Source: Callorhinchus milii
Taxonomy: Eukaryota
Length of the DNA: 64,000 nucleotides
Direction: 5' to 3'
Assembly: GCF_018977255.1 (NCBI RefSeq)
Contig: NW_024704772.1
Location: 682,001-746,000, forward strand
Positions 14,498-27,500 of the stretch are shown here, one piece after another (within the stretch, counting starts at the first letter, position 1; each line of letters opens with the position of its first letter). Position numbers and translations under genes: made by a program. The notes beneath the pieces were generated by a model, which had not been told where the DNA came from, ran no database searches, and saw nothing but the letters and a program-made list of their open reading frames with translations.

Positions 14498-17312
14498 ATG
14501 GAGTGTCCGTTGTGCGGGAACGTGTATCCCAAGAGCAAGATAGAGTGTCACGCCTGGCACTGTTACAGCAGAACCACCCCGGGGGAAGAGGACCAGCCCA
14601 GCGAGGGAGCGGGCGAGGGAGGGAGCCGGGAACAGGACGGGCAGCGGGCAGCCAAAGGAGGTGAGAGCCACGGTGAGAAAACGTTCTCCAGGATCGGGTT
14701 AAGTGCTGTCGACGACTGGGAGAGGAGAGTGTGCGCCCCATTCCAGACCGGGGAGAAATTGCCAACTTTCACGCTCCCTCTCTTATCTATCTCCAGCCCC
14801 CCCCACACACTCTGTCTTTGTGTGTGTGTCTCTCTCTCCCTCTCTCCCTCCCTCAGCCTCCCCCCTCGCGTTAATAATAATAATATAATAATAATAATCC
14901 TCGCATTTGATGTAGCGCTTTTCACGTCTTCTCGACGTCTCAAAGCGCTTCACAGGATAGACCGTAAAGTGAATTGACCGTATGTTTGTGCTATCTCCGC
15001 TGTGTGTTGTACAGAGACGCTCAGGGCCGGGGGGATGGAGCAGGATTGCCCCCTGTGCGGCCTGCGATTCCCGGCTGCCGACATCGAGGAACACGCGGCT
15101 TTCTGTAACGGCCCCAGCTACAGCCGGAGCCCAGAGGAGGAGGAGGTGGCTGGGCGCGCCGAGGCTCAGCGGACCGGGCACCTCTTTTGGAGGTAAACGA
15201 GGTTCACCTTCACCCATCTGGTTCACGCACGCACTCGCCTCGCAAGCGAGAGGACCTGGGGTTCGATTCCCGGGCGGGGACCGAACCTTCTGCCCAATGT
15301 CGGAGACGCCACCACCCAGATATCACTTAGTATTGTGTTAGGTTGTTTCCTCATTACACACTCACAAACACGCACACTCTCACACACACGCATACACAAT
15401 CACACACACACATGCGCACACACGGGTACACACTCACTCGCACACACGAGTACACACACACACACACGCGCGCACACACACACAGATGCGCACATACAGA
15501 CACACACGCACACACACACACGCTTGTGTTTACCAGCAGTAAGTAGGAACCCTGTTGTTAGTTGATTGGCGTATTGCTTTTTCAGGGGTAATGATCCCCT
15601 CGCAAAGCTAACTAAGTAACGTGGTCACCCAATCCCACGGCTGTTTGTGGGGACATCGCTGGGCGCCATTGGCTGCCGTGTTTCGCCCGCAGAACACGCA
15701 CAGTCACTACACTTTACGGTACGTGCTGTGAAGCTCCTTGGAAAGTCTCAATGACGCGATAAGGCGCTGTGTTAAATCTAAAGGTTATTGTTGTTGTTCT
15801 GATTGTTATTATTAACGTTCTTCCGGCTCCTCTTCCCCTCAGCTACGTGAACAGAGATCGGAGGTTGGGACGCAGAGGGGCAGAGTGTGCGAGGCGGGAG
15901 CCCGGGGGCTCGGTGTCGGTGTGGGGCCCGGTTGGAGCCTCGGGGGGCTGTGAGCAGGATATCTCGCAGGAGCTGGCGGTTTTCCAAAAGTTCGGACAGG
16001 ATCTCGAGCAGAATCCTGAGTTCATCAAGTGAGTTTCTCTCCACAAACACACACTCGCGCGAGTTTCCTTACTCCACACACACACACACACACACACTCG
16101 CGCGCACACACACACACACATACTCGCGCGCACACACCCACACCTCTGTTTACTGAGCAGTCAGTAGGAATCCGGTTGTTAGTCGATCGTTTGGCGTATT
16201 CGCTTTTCCGGGGATAATAATCCCTTCAAATAAGTCAATAAGGTGGTCACTCAAAACCCACCGCTGTGCGCGGGGAACGCCGCTGTGCGCAATTAATCAA
16301 TCGGCTGCCGCCTTCCACCCACGGAACGCACAGTCGCTCCACTCGACAGTGCGTCCTGCGAAGCGCTTTGAGACGTCTCGAGGGCGCGATTAAAGGCGCT
16401 GGGTCGGAGGCGAGGGTTGTTGTCGTTGTCATCAGCCTGCGCTGTCTCCGCACAGAGCTGTCAAGTCTCTGCTGAGCAAATCCAAGAGCCCTCTGGAAAT
16501 GCTGAAGAACGTGTCGATGGCACTTTTCTCAGCAGGTGTTGGTGGAGGTGGCACCGTCTTCATGTTCTTCCAATTGGCTAAGATGTTCTTACCGATGGTG
16601 AGCAACGAAACTGACCAGCGGCTGAGTGTCTGTGTGTGCGTGAGTGTGTCTGTCTGTGTGTGCGTGTATGTACGCTAAGCTGTTTGTGGGACACTGCTGG
16701 CTGCCGCCTTTCGCCCACAAAATACACAGTCACCACATTAAACCTTACAGCGTGTCCTGCGAAGCACTTCTACACGTCTCAACGACGTGATCGGGCGCCG
16801 GGTCAAACCCCGGGATTCCTATCGTTATTGTTCATAGGATTTTTGTGCCGTGACAGATTCTGGAAAGCGAATCCTTCGTGACCTTTCAGAAGTGGGCAGG
16901 AAGCTTTATCCTGACGACTGTGGTCCCTTGGATCGAAAGGATAGGGGGCTGGGTGAGTATTTGGTGGAGGTGGGGGTGGGGGGTGCAACTGTGTGTATGG
17001 GTGCAGTGTGTGGTGTGTTCCAGGTTCTGCGATGGGGTCTCGTACACGGGGTGACCGAACAGTCCTGATACCGTCACAATGTCATTAAAGAAAGGATGAT
17101 TTTCTTTAGATAACACGAAAGGTGCTGCGTAAATGTCATTTGCTGTGGTCTCCCACTTGAGTCGCTCACTCACTCTGCTCTCTCTCTCTCTTCCTCTCTC
17201 CCTCTCTCTCCTCCGCACATAGCCGGTTGTTCTGGCCATGATGGGAGCGGTGTTGGCTGTCGGCCTGTTTGCCGGCTTCATAAAACTTCTGCAGGGTCAT
17301 TCCTCCCAGTGA
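14498..17312 (+). CDS. Divergent Bax/Bcl-2-family protein with two N-terminal UBZ4-like zinc fingers, ~284 aa (exons 14487/14498-14660, 15015-15192, 15843-16028, 16456-16597, 16857-16952, 17223-17312)
   Basis: All six exons have canonical splice sites and join in frame (855 nt from ATG 14498 to TGA). Zinc fingers are [20 protein letters not shown] and [33 protein letters not shown] aligns to Bax helix 1. BH3-like [13 protein letters not shown]1-like [22 protein letters not shown]2 [10 protein letters not shown] tail [23 protein letters not shown]. Intron phases in the Bax-like part (2,2,0,0) match the neighbouring bax. An additional upstream coding exon is possible. Confidence 0.85.
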
Positions 17313-19377
17313 CCGGCACTCGGAAACGGTTTGCGGTGGTGGCGGTGGCGTGTGGATGAATCTCCGCGGACTGCGTTATCTGGACCTATTTTCCGACGAG
17401 GGACACCTTCGGCCCATCGGGTCCGCTCGCTCACTGCCTGTTGCCGGTGCTTGACCAATTTGCTCGGCGCATCCGCCGTTCTAGATCACTGCCGGCTGAT
17501 CCGCGCCTCAACTTGGAAAAGATTAAAAGATTCGCAAACCCAACCCCCCCCCACCCACCCACCCCACCGGGGGAATCAAAGGGGAGTGGTGGGGGGGGTG
17601 GGGTCGAGGGATTGTGGTGAAGGTTTGGGTGTGGAGTCGGTACGTGCTGTGTTGACGGCTGAGTTCAGGGCCGGGATGGGTTTGGCAAGTAATGGGATTA
17701 ATAATAATAATAATGGTAATAAACGTTGCATTTGAACGCAGTGCCTTATCACCTCTTCGAGGCGTCTCCCAAGCAATATTACCGTTAAACCGTAGCGACT
17801 GTCCCATCGAGTGGGGAGAAAGGCGGCAGCCGACTGCCCACACGGGCGGCCGGGCTCCCGCGCCCGCACAATCGGGAAGCGCTTCGAGACGGCTCGACGA
17901 CGTGATATAAGTCACGGTGCTCTGCAGGGTTACTTACACCTCGACGTACCGACGACGACAAAAAAAAATAATTGCTGCCTGACTGCAGGCATTCTCGAGC
18001 GTGAACCGAGTGAATTGTGTAGTTGTAAAGTGTTGTCTCTCTCCCTCTCCCTCTCCCCGGAGTTGCACAAAGTAATGAAGTGTAAACCACTATTTTTATA
18101 CCTCAATGGGTTTTTTATTTGTCTCGAGGAAGTGGCCTGACTTAGCATCGCCGCGTCAGACGCCATCTGTGATACAGTACTGGGCTTACAGCGTAATGTC
18201 AACAGCACGGTTAATGTCGTTTGCTTGCCACGCGCGGGCTTTCTCTCACACACACACACTCGGACACAAGCGCGAGCTCAGAGCTGAGGGTCCCCCTAAA
18301 CACACACCGGTGGCACTGAGCAAGAGTTGGAAAGTGCATGTCGTCGCCGTACGGAGAAGTGCTGAAGGGCCGAGAGGCGCAACGAAGGGCACTGCGATCA
18401 ACGCAGCCGGTCGTGAAGAGCCGGGGACGGGTTTCCCTACAGATCTACTCCAGGTCTGATTTCCGACAGCCTCCCTCCTCCCCCTCCTGATCCCCAACCC
18501 CCCTTCCCCCCCCACCCCAGCAGCTCGGGTCCAGACCCCTGATTCCAGCATCTTGGGACGTCCTCCTGACGTGAAAGGTGCCGTATAAATGTAATTATGT
18601 TGTTGTTGTCTGACCTCCGCACAGGGGCAGGAGCTCTCTGGACAAGCAGCAGGAAACATTGGGCTGATTTCCCCCTCTCACTGATCCAGGGAGGAGGTGA
18701 GTTGGGGGGGTGGGGTGCAGGGGCGGAGGGGGGGGCGGAGGGAGGAGTGAAGCCTGTACTTGACTGTACGACTGCTATCTCAGCACAGACCTGGATTGCA
18801 ATCTTAGATTGGTGGGGGGGGGGAGGGGTTGGAAGACTCCCCATCAGTTCTTTTTCACCTACTAGGAAATCGGGAGAGGAGTGGGGTCCGGGTGAGGTGA
18901 GGAGGGAGGGCAGGGGTGAAAGACCACTCCCCCCCCCCCTCCCCCCGGGGCTGACCAGCAGCTTGTGATGTGGTGTCTGTTTGGCTCCGACTGCGATTGG
19001 AATGAGGGAGTAAAATAGGTTATTCCTGGTTGGCTGCATCGCTAAATGGGTCAATCTGAAAGGTGGGGAGTGGGGGGGGGGTTGCAGGGTGGGAGGGGCT
19101 TTGCAAGGTGGGGGGGGGGGGGAGGTCATATGTCTCTTGAGAAACCTTAGGATAGAGAGAGATATAGAGATCATCGCTTTGCATTGCACACAGGGACCCA
19201 TCGAGCAGCCCTAACCCCCCGAGGCATTTATTGAGCGCCTTTCACGTCAGGAGGACGTCCCAAGGCGCTGTAAGTTCGTTGCCAAAGTGCATGTTTTCTT
19301 AAACTTTTGCCATTTCATTTGCTGAGTTTCATTATCGTAGGATCGTACGGCACAGAGGAGGCCATTCGGCCCATCGT

Positions 19378-19707
19378 GGAGTCCTGTAGCTCAGTGGTTA
19401 GAGCACTCGCTTTGCAAGTGAGAGACTAGAGTTCAATTCCAGGCAGAGGGCGAAACCTTGGGCAAGTTTCCTTACTCCACACAGAGCCTAATAATAATCC
19501 CTCCAAAACAAAACAATAATAAATTGGTCATTTTCAATCTACGACTGTTTGTGGGACATTGCTGTGCGCAATTGGCTGCCGCGTTCGCCCACAAATATAC
19601 AGTCAATTCACTTTACAGTGTGTTCTGTGAAGCGCTTTGGGACGTCCTCCCGACGTGAAAAGCGCTATATCAAATGCAAGGATTATTATTATTATTATTA
19701 TTATTAT
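19378..19707 (+). mobile_element. tRNA-derived SINE, short subfamily copy (DeuSINE-like body and tail)
   Basis: Head ggagtcctgtagctcagtggttagagcactcgc...gttcaattcc with Pol III A and B boxes, body gctgtgcgcaattggctgccgcgttcgccc, tail aagcgctttgggacgtcctcccgacgtgaaaagcgctatatcaaatgcaagg(ATT)n. Confidence 0.85.
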
Positions 19708-21545
19708 CGTGTCGGTCAGTTCCGGCTCTTTGAAAAGAGCTTTCCAATTCAATCCCGCTTCCCCGCAAAGCGCTTCACAGAATACACTACAAAGTGGAGT
19801 GACTGTTTTGCGTGGGCGAGATCAGCAGCCAATTGCTGGAGGCTGTGTCCTGTCCCACAAACAGTTGTGGATTGAGTGACCAAATTATTATTATTATTAT
19901 TATTATTATTTTGGGGCTAAGTGTTTGGGAGTAGCAGCAGGATTGAAGCTTAGACTTTTAGTCCTTAACGTCACCCTAAGAGGACAGTCAGGGCGGGGTG
20001 GGCGTTGGGGGACGGAGGTAGTAACTACACAAATAAATGTTGCCAGGATATTGACGTATGATTACTTGCGCGGTAGTGACACGTCAGCATAACTCCCCAA
20101 CGGTGACAAAGGGCAGAAGGTCCCAAAGCTCGGGCTTAAAATTCCACATTCGCCACAGATAAAAGGTCTGCGCGGCGACAAACAGAGAGGATAAACGGAG
20201 CTTGCGGCGGCCAGGACGGCGCAGGATAAGCTTTCCCGGAAATAAATTCCTTTTTTTTTAAAAAAAAACAAACGAGCAACTAAAAAAATGTTAAGCTTCA
20301 GAGAGAAAACAAAGCCGTTTGGGTCAGCGCCTCGCGTGACCCCCTCCTCCCAGGCACCACAGCCACACGGGAACAGGAAGGGGAGGAAGGCCATTCAGCC
20401 CCTCGAGCCTGTCCCGCCACTCTTATCGGGTCGTTGAGGCCGACCTGTACCTCAACGCAAAGCTCGTCTTACATCGGGAGGATTGGAACCAAACCATAGA
20501 CGGTCAACTTGAAGGGGCGATTAGCTGAGGACTGGACGTAGGGGGCGGGGAGCGGGGATGGGGGGGGGGGGTTTAGAGTGAGCCGGTCACTTGGTGGGAC
20601 ACCAAAGCCGCACGAGGAAGACGAAGAAAGAAAGAAAAAAAAGCCTAAGTGTTCTGATCGAGGTCCCGCTTTTGCTTTGATTGTTTGGCTACGAGCAGAA
20701 CGAAAACCGCACAGAAGGCATCGCTGGTCAGCGCAAACACACGCGGGTTTACACGCGAGACGAGAATGTGTTCCCAATGCAACTCCCGGCCGCGCGGAGG
20801 CAGTGGGTCACACAACCCACTGTCAGTCAGTCAGTCAGTCAGTCAACGTCAAACACAGCGACTCGCACCAACTCAACTGAGGGACGCCATCGCGTCTTTG
20901 AGATCCATCCTTGAGGCGTCTCAAAGCGCTTCGCAGGACGTGCACCGTAAAGCGTAGTGACCGTGTATTTTTGTGGGCTGAAGCTGAACCCGCTCCCCGA
21001 CACCCAGGTGAAGCCTGCAGCGAATTAGGTATTTTTTTTTCCGTCGTCGTCGTCGTTGTCGAAAGAGTTAGAAATGTCTTCGGTTCTGTCTTTGAGCAAA
21101 ATTCACTCGACGTTTCCCAGTTGGGGGTTAGGGTTGGGGGTGGGGGGGTTGTTGGTGAGAGCAGCAGTCAGACACAGGAGCCCCTCTTACTCCCTCTCTC
21201 TCTCCGCCGCCCCCCCCCCACCCCATCTCTCTCTCTGTCTATCGGACATTAATTTCGGTTTGGAAGATGATGGATACGCGGTTAAAAAAAGTCGTACTGA
21301 AACACCCATTACTGTAGCAGCAATAAATCTAAACGTCCTCCAGTGGCGCTGGAGTCCTACCGCCTTTCAGAAAAACAAAACAAAGCCAATCTAAAACACT
21401 ACGAGCAGCACAAAGCCCCCACTCTCCCCCCCCCCTCCCCCCCACCTCCGAGCCAAGCCTCCTGTAGGAAAAGGGAGAAAAGCATCCGAAGTAAACGGCG
21501 CACACGTAACTTTCAAAGGAAGACGTGGAATCGATCGGATCGGGT

Positions 21546-24500
21546 CTAGGTGACCAGATGGGTCCAGTCGCTGGGACGTCTCCCGTACTGAAAAAGAAGA
21601 AAAAGGAATGATGTGCACTCCGTGTCTGTGCTGTGCCAGTGTGGTGGTCAACAACAACAACAACAATAATAATGATAATCCTGGCATTTGCTACAGCGCT
21701 CTATCGCGTCTTCGAGACGTCTCAAAGCGCTTCACGGGATATACTATAGACAGAATATATAATATTCAATGCCCAGTTCCATTATCCACAAAATACGGTT
21801 GATCCAGAGCTCACCCGCACTAAACTCCGTGTCCCAGTCCTCGTCAGGTTCCCTGTCACACACACTGAACCCCATAGCCCCCCATCACCCCAGTCCAATG
21901 CTGTTATCGTTGTAGTCTGTCTCCCTCCAAATCCCCCCACCCCCGTTCCCAGACTCACCTGAATGTCTGTCAGTTCTTTAAGGAAGCGTTTTGCCAAATC
22001 CGGACCATTCTCCATGGTGGGAATATGATAGTTCTGAAAAAACAATACATAAAGATAACCAACATTCCCAGAACTTATTCCCGTCGCCGGGAACTCGAGG
22101 GGAAATGTATTACATTTTCCCAAACGGTACAGGGGTCCACCATTAGGATTGTCTTAAAATTAACAAGATTTGCCCACAGTCCTCAGCAAAATAGCATTAA
22201 TAATCCTCGCATTTGATATAAAACCTTATTACGTCATTGAGATGTCTCAAAGCGCTCACAGGATATACTGTAAAGTGGAGCGACTATTTTGTTGTGGGCG
22301 GCAGTCAATTGCGCACAGCAGTGCCCCCCCACAAACAGTCGTGAACAGATCCCAAGGTGCTGGATGGTCAAGCTCCTGAGCTGGGGCTGGGATCAGGAAG
22401 GATGGAGGGCAGGGAGGGGATAGGAGGGTGACCGAAGGCTCGGTCGGAGGAGGATCTTGAGACGTGCATTAAGGGAGGGGGCGAGGGGGACTGGGAGGGA
22501 GGTCCAGAGGGGGTCTGGAGGTACCTGGTCGCAGTAGAGGATCTTGTTGATGGGACACACGACACAGGCTGTTCCTGCTCCGAACACCTCTTTAACTCGC
22601 TTCTCCTGAAGCCCTTTGATCAGGTCGGGAAGTGTTAGCTTCCGCTCCACCACTTTAAACTCCCCCTGAAATCAACGCAGGACAGTGTGGGGACTGCAGA
22701 CATAAATAAACACAAAATAATTTCCCGGGCGAAAGACCAGGGTCCATCCAGTTTGCCTTTCACCATCCTGGCCATCGCTTGACATGTCGTGTCCCAAACC
22801 AGACACTATCTGTGGGTAGTGTATGTGTGTGTGACAGAGACACACAGAGAGAGAGTGTCTGTGTGTGTGTGACTATATACTGTATCCCCCAGAGGTTATT
22901 TTCTGACAGAAAGCCATCTCGTGTTCTTGAAACAAACACTTTCTGCTCCCACCGTCTGTCTATCCGTCTGTCTGTCTGTCTGTCTCCCTCCCTCCCACCC
23001 TCCCTCCATAGGGGGAGACATACGTTTGCTATTCTCACTGAAGTAGTGTTTGTTCCGAATTTATCCCCCCCCCCCCACCCCCGCCGTCAATCGCAGGCCG
23101 TGTGTGTCCTCTGGTACAGACAAGAGAACGGTTCCGAACAAAACCCACGTTCAGTCAGAAAGCCTTAGAAAAAAAAGGAGATTTTCTTCGATCTCGGGTC
23201 CAAACTTGGGGGGGAAAGAATAATCATTATCATAATCTTTGCGTTCGATATAGCGCCTCGTCGTCTCGGAGCGGGTCACAGGATTTACTGTCAAGTGTCG
23301 CGTAATGATAATCGTCAGCCAGGACCCTGAAGAGGCGGACGGGAACTTGGGCTGCTGCGACTGGAGTCAAGTGTCTCCTCCCAATTCGTGTGGGTCGTAA
23401 ACAACGGCACAGAGGGGCCGGGCTGAACGGCTGTGCACGTGCGGAGAGCGGTGTCGAGTGCCAACGTACCCATTTCTTTCCCAGGTCCAGTAAACTCTGT
23501 CTGGTAACACCAGGGAGGATCGTGCCATTCAGCGGTGGTGTGAGCAACTCCAACACTAAGAAAAAAAAACACACACACACCAGAGAGAAACTCACTCGTC
23601 AACAGAAAGGCTGATGTGTCGATCACACGGGACACCGTTTGTTTATTCTCAACGTTCCTTCGTTAATAGGAAATGATGATAATAATAATAATAATAATAA
23701 TCCTCGCATTTGATACGACGCCTGATCATCTCGTCGAGAAGCCTCAAAGCGCTTCGCAGGATGCTCTGTGAAGTGGAGTGACTGTGTTTTTGTGGGCGCG
23801 GCAGTGGATGGAGTGTTTTTTTTAAGGGGTTAGTTGAGGATGGTTTAATTCCACGTTTAATTCCCCTCCACCATACGCGGGCCCCGACCCCTGACTGTCC
23901 AGTGCCTTGGGACGTCCTCCCGACGTGAAAGGCGCTCTGTATAAAAGGCATTTTGTTGTTGTTGTTGGGGGTGGGGGTGGGGTCTCTTGGAAGCTAATCT
24001 CCCGGCCGCGCTGCCACCCACCTCCCTGCTCGTTGTTCCAGTAGACGAAGATGTTCATGGTTCCCACCTCGGTGATCTCGTGATCTTCCCCATACAGCCA
24101 CAGCACCTGTTGGCAGCCGCGCTTCAGTGCCTCGCTCTGCACGTAAATGGTGGGGCCGTAATTTCTACGGTGGGGGGTGGGGGAGAGAATAATTAATTCA
24201 GGGAGGGCGCAAAAGTTAGCGACAACAGGAACAGATTACATTTGTATAGTGCCTGCGCGGGTGAGTGGGTGCCAGGCGGCAGGGAGGGAGGCAGGGTGGT
24301 AGGTTTCTTTCATTCATACTCCCTTTTCTTTCATTCGTACTTTTTTTTTGTGGGGGGGGGGGTGGGGAAACGTGGCTGAGACGTCTCAAAGCGCTTTGCA
24401 GGCTACACTGCAAAGTGTAGTGACTGTGTTTTGTGGGCGAAACGTGGCATCCAACTGTGGATTGAGTGGCTGTTATTAGTAGTTATTATCATTATCATCA

Positions 24501-27500
24501 GTGTGTTTGAAGGGATTGTTGATCCGAAGTCCTGGTAAGGAAGAACGGCTCAAAAATGACAACTAACCACCTCTCGCCCCTGTTCTTTGCCTACGTACCC
24601 TCCCAACTTGCAGTCGCCGACTCCTCCTTTCCACGCCCGCACGTACATGGGGTCAGCGATCAGGGAGATGGGGTTGAAGCTCCCTGTGGAGAAGTAAGGC
24701 CCCACCGGCCCTAGAATAACAAAGAGCAATGCGTGGTTCGACTGCGAGACTCCTAGAGACGGCTGAGGAGGGAGAGAGAGAGAGAAAAACCTCAGGTAAA
24801 CGTGATGTTACAATCCCTGACTGTCCAGCGCCTTATAATAATGATAATAATCCTCGCATTTGCTACCGCTCCTGATCACGTCCACCAGACGTCTCAAAGC
24901 GCTTCACAGGACACACTGTAAAGTGTAGTGACTGTGCGTTTTGTGGTTGAAACCCAACAACTAACAACCGGGTTCCCGCTGACTGTTAGTAAACAAGAGG
25001 CGTGTGGGTATGTGTGTGTGTGGGGGTGGGTGGGGGTGGGTGTGTGTGTGTGTGTGGGTGGGTATGTGTGTGTGTGTGTGTGGGTGTGTGTGTGTGGGGG
25101 GGGGTGGGTGTGAAGTAAGGAAACTTGCCATGTCCTCTCGCTTGCGAGGCGAGTGCTCTAACCACTGCACTACAAGCCTCCACACCGAGCTACCGGACGC
25201 CACACTGATGTTCAGGGAGGGTCGGCAAACAAGGAGAAGACCCAGAGGGTAAAAAAGCTTTGTGTTCCTACCTCAGTGCCGATGAACGTGGGTCGGATGT
25301 AGAGACTGGCTGAGGTGGAGTAAGGCACCCACTCTCTGTCCACCTCAATCAGCTTCCGAATGCAATCCAGCAGCTCGAGCTTGTCAAAGGCCTGGGGGGG
25401 GGGGGGAGCACAAACATGAGAAATAGGAGCAGGGCGGAGGCCATTCAGCCCCTCGAGCCTGTGCCCCCGCCATTTGATAAAGATCGCGGCTGATCTTCTC
25501 GCCAATTCCATGGACCCACCCTGGTCCCCGTATCCCTTTAAAGCCCTTTAGTTTTTAAACAATCCGTCCATCTCGGCTCTTGAACCCGTTCGGAGACTGA
25601 CTGAGCGTCTGCAGCCTCTGCAGCAGAGAATTCCAGAGCCCTCGACAGTGGCGGAGGGAGCACAACACCGAACTGAGTTGGGGGTGTGGGGGGGGGGAGT
25701 GGGGAGGTGACTGTAGGCACGACCTGATGATGGGGGAGGAGGGGGGGGGCAACGGCGGAGGGACTGACTGAGGGAGAGAGCGGCGGAGTTTGCTTGTTGA
25801 CCGGGCAGGGGGTAGGAGAGGCTGGGGGGTACCGGCAGGCAGGCTCGCAGGGTCGAGCGGAGCATCCTCTCCATGTTCAGGTCCGGCCGGAACATCCGGA
25901 TCTTGTTGTCCACTCCCCGGAAAGCCTTCATCCCCTCAAACAGCTGGGGGCCAGAGAAAGAGAGAGAGACACGTCCTGTTACTGCAGAACACTCAATTTA
26001 CCTGAATTCGCTGCTGGGATATTTCAAAATAACGACAACAACAACAACAACAGTAATCCTGGCAGTTGGGGACCCGGGGCTTTACCACGTCCCCCAGACG
26101 CCTCAAACACTGGGCCGAGGGGGCAGTGGAGGTAACGACAGCAAAATGTCGTGGACAGTGGCGCTCTTCGCGTCGGGAGGACGGCCCAAAGCGCTGGGCA
26201 CTGGGAGAGGAAGATCGTCGGGCTGGACCTGAAGATAGGGAAGAAAAGGGAAGGGGAGGGAGGGAGGGATTCATTGATTACAACTACTGTGTTACCTCCA
26301 CGGAATAGTGCAGAGCGGATGACGCGGGGTGCAAGGAGAGGTTCTGAAAGGGTTTGATGTGAGGTCTCTGCCAGCCTTTCTCGCTGTTCCACCCGACCGT
26401 CAGCATGTGGTCCGTGAAGGACTTGCCGAACACCAGGCTGTCGTTGTCCGGCTTCACCTTCGGCTGCTTGTTGATCTCGATCTGCAAATCCGCGGCCTGT
26501 CAGGGGCCCCAACCAAACAACGCAACGTAAGTCTACATTTGACGACGGCCACCTTTCCGCATACAGAGGAAGCCCTACCAACCACCCCCCCCCCCCCCCA
26601 ACAACCAAAAGAAAACCGTGGAAGTAATGACCCCGGCGTTTGACCCCCAGCGCCTGATCACGGCGTCGAGACGCCTCAAAGCGCTTCACGGGATGCGCTG
26701 TAAAGTGTAGGGGCTGTGTATTTTGTGGGCGAAACGTGGCAGCCAACTGCGCACAGCAGCGACCCCCCCACACACAGTCGTGGATTTGAGCGACCAGCTG
26801 TACACCACCACGTGCGTACGACTTGTACCCATTTCCTCCCCTTGTACGGACCTTAAACATGGAGCTGCCATTACGCCAGGAGCCATTGCAAAACCTGTGA
26901 GTTGGACACAGTTGTCTGGACAAAGCCTGCAAGCAAACACACAAATAAATAATATTATTAATAATAGCAAAGTCAATTGACCTGTGCAGTTTGTGGGCGA
27001 AACGCGGCAGCCAGTTGCGCGCAGCGACGTCCCACAAACGGTCGTGGGTTGAGTGACCGAATTGTCAGTCATTTTTTAACTAATTTTTGAAGAGATTTTT
27101 TAGCCTCAGAAAAGCAATCCGCCGATCGACCCACTACTTACTTACGAGGTAAACAGCGGCGCGAGTGTGCGCGAGCGTGCGTGGAGTGAGGAAACGTGCC
27201 TGAGCCTGGCCGGGAATCGAACCCAGGTCCTCCCGCTATCACGAGCTCTCTCTCTCTCTCTCTCTCTCTCGCTGCGGGAGTCGGCTAAGACCGTTCCCTC
27301 CCATGCTGTCCAAGTCTCGACAGAAAGCCTCGTTAGGATGATTAAAGAAAACAAACCCATCGGAGCAGAACACGGGGAGTGACAAACCAGCCAGTGCTTT
27401 ATTAACCAGACTTTGACTTGCCTCGTACTTGGCAAATACCTCGCTATCATTGGTCAAGAGGGGACCAGGGAGAGAGAGAGAGAAAAAAAGGCGTTTGCAT

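Noticed and set aside
19378-19450. tRNA-Ala-like sequences (also at 6483, 10285, 38930, 39308, 59660)
   Set aside because: Each continues into the SINE body and has a degenerate stem, so these are SINE heads rather than tRNA genes.
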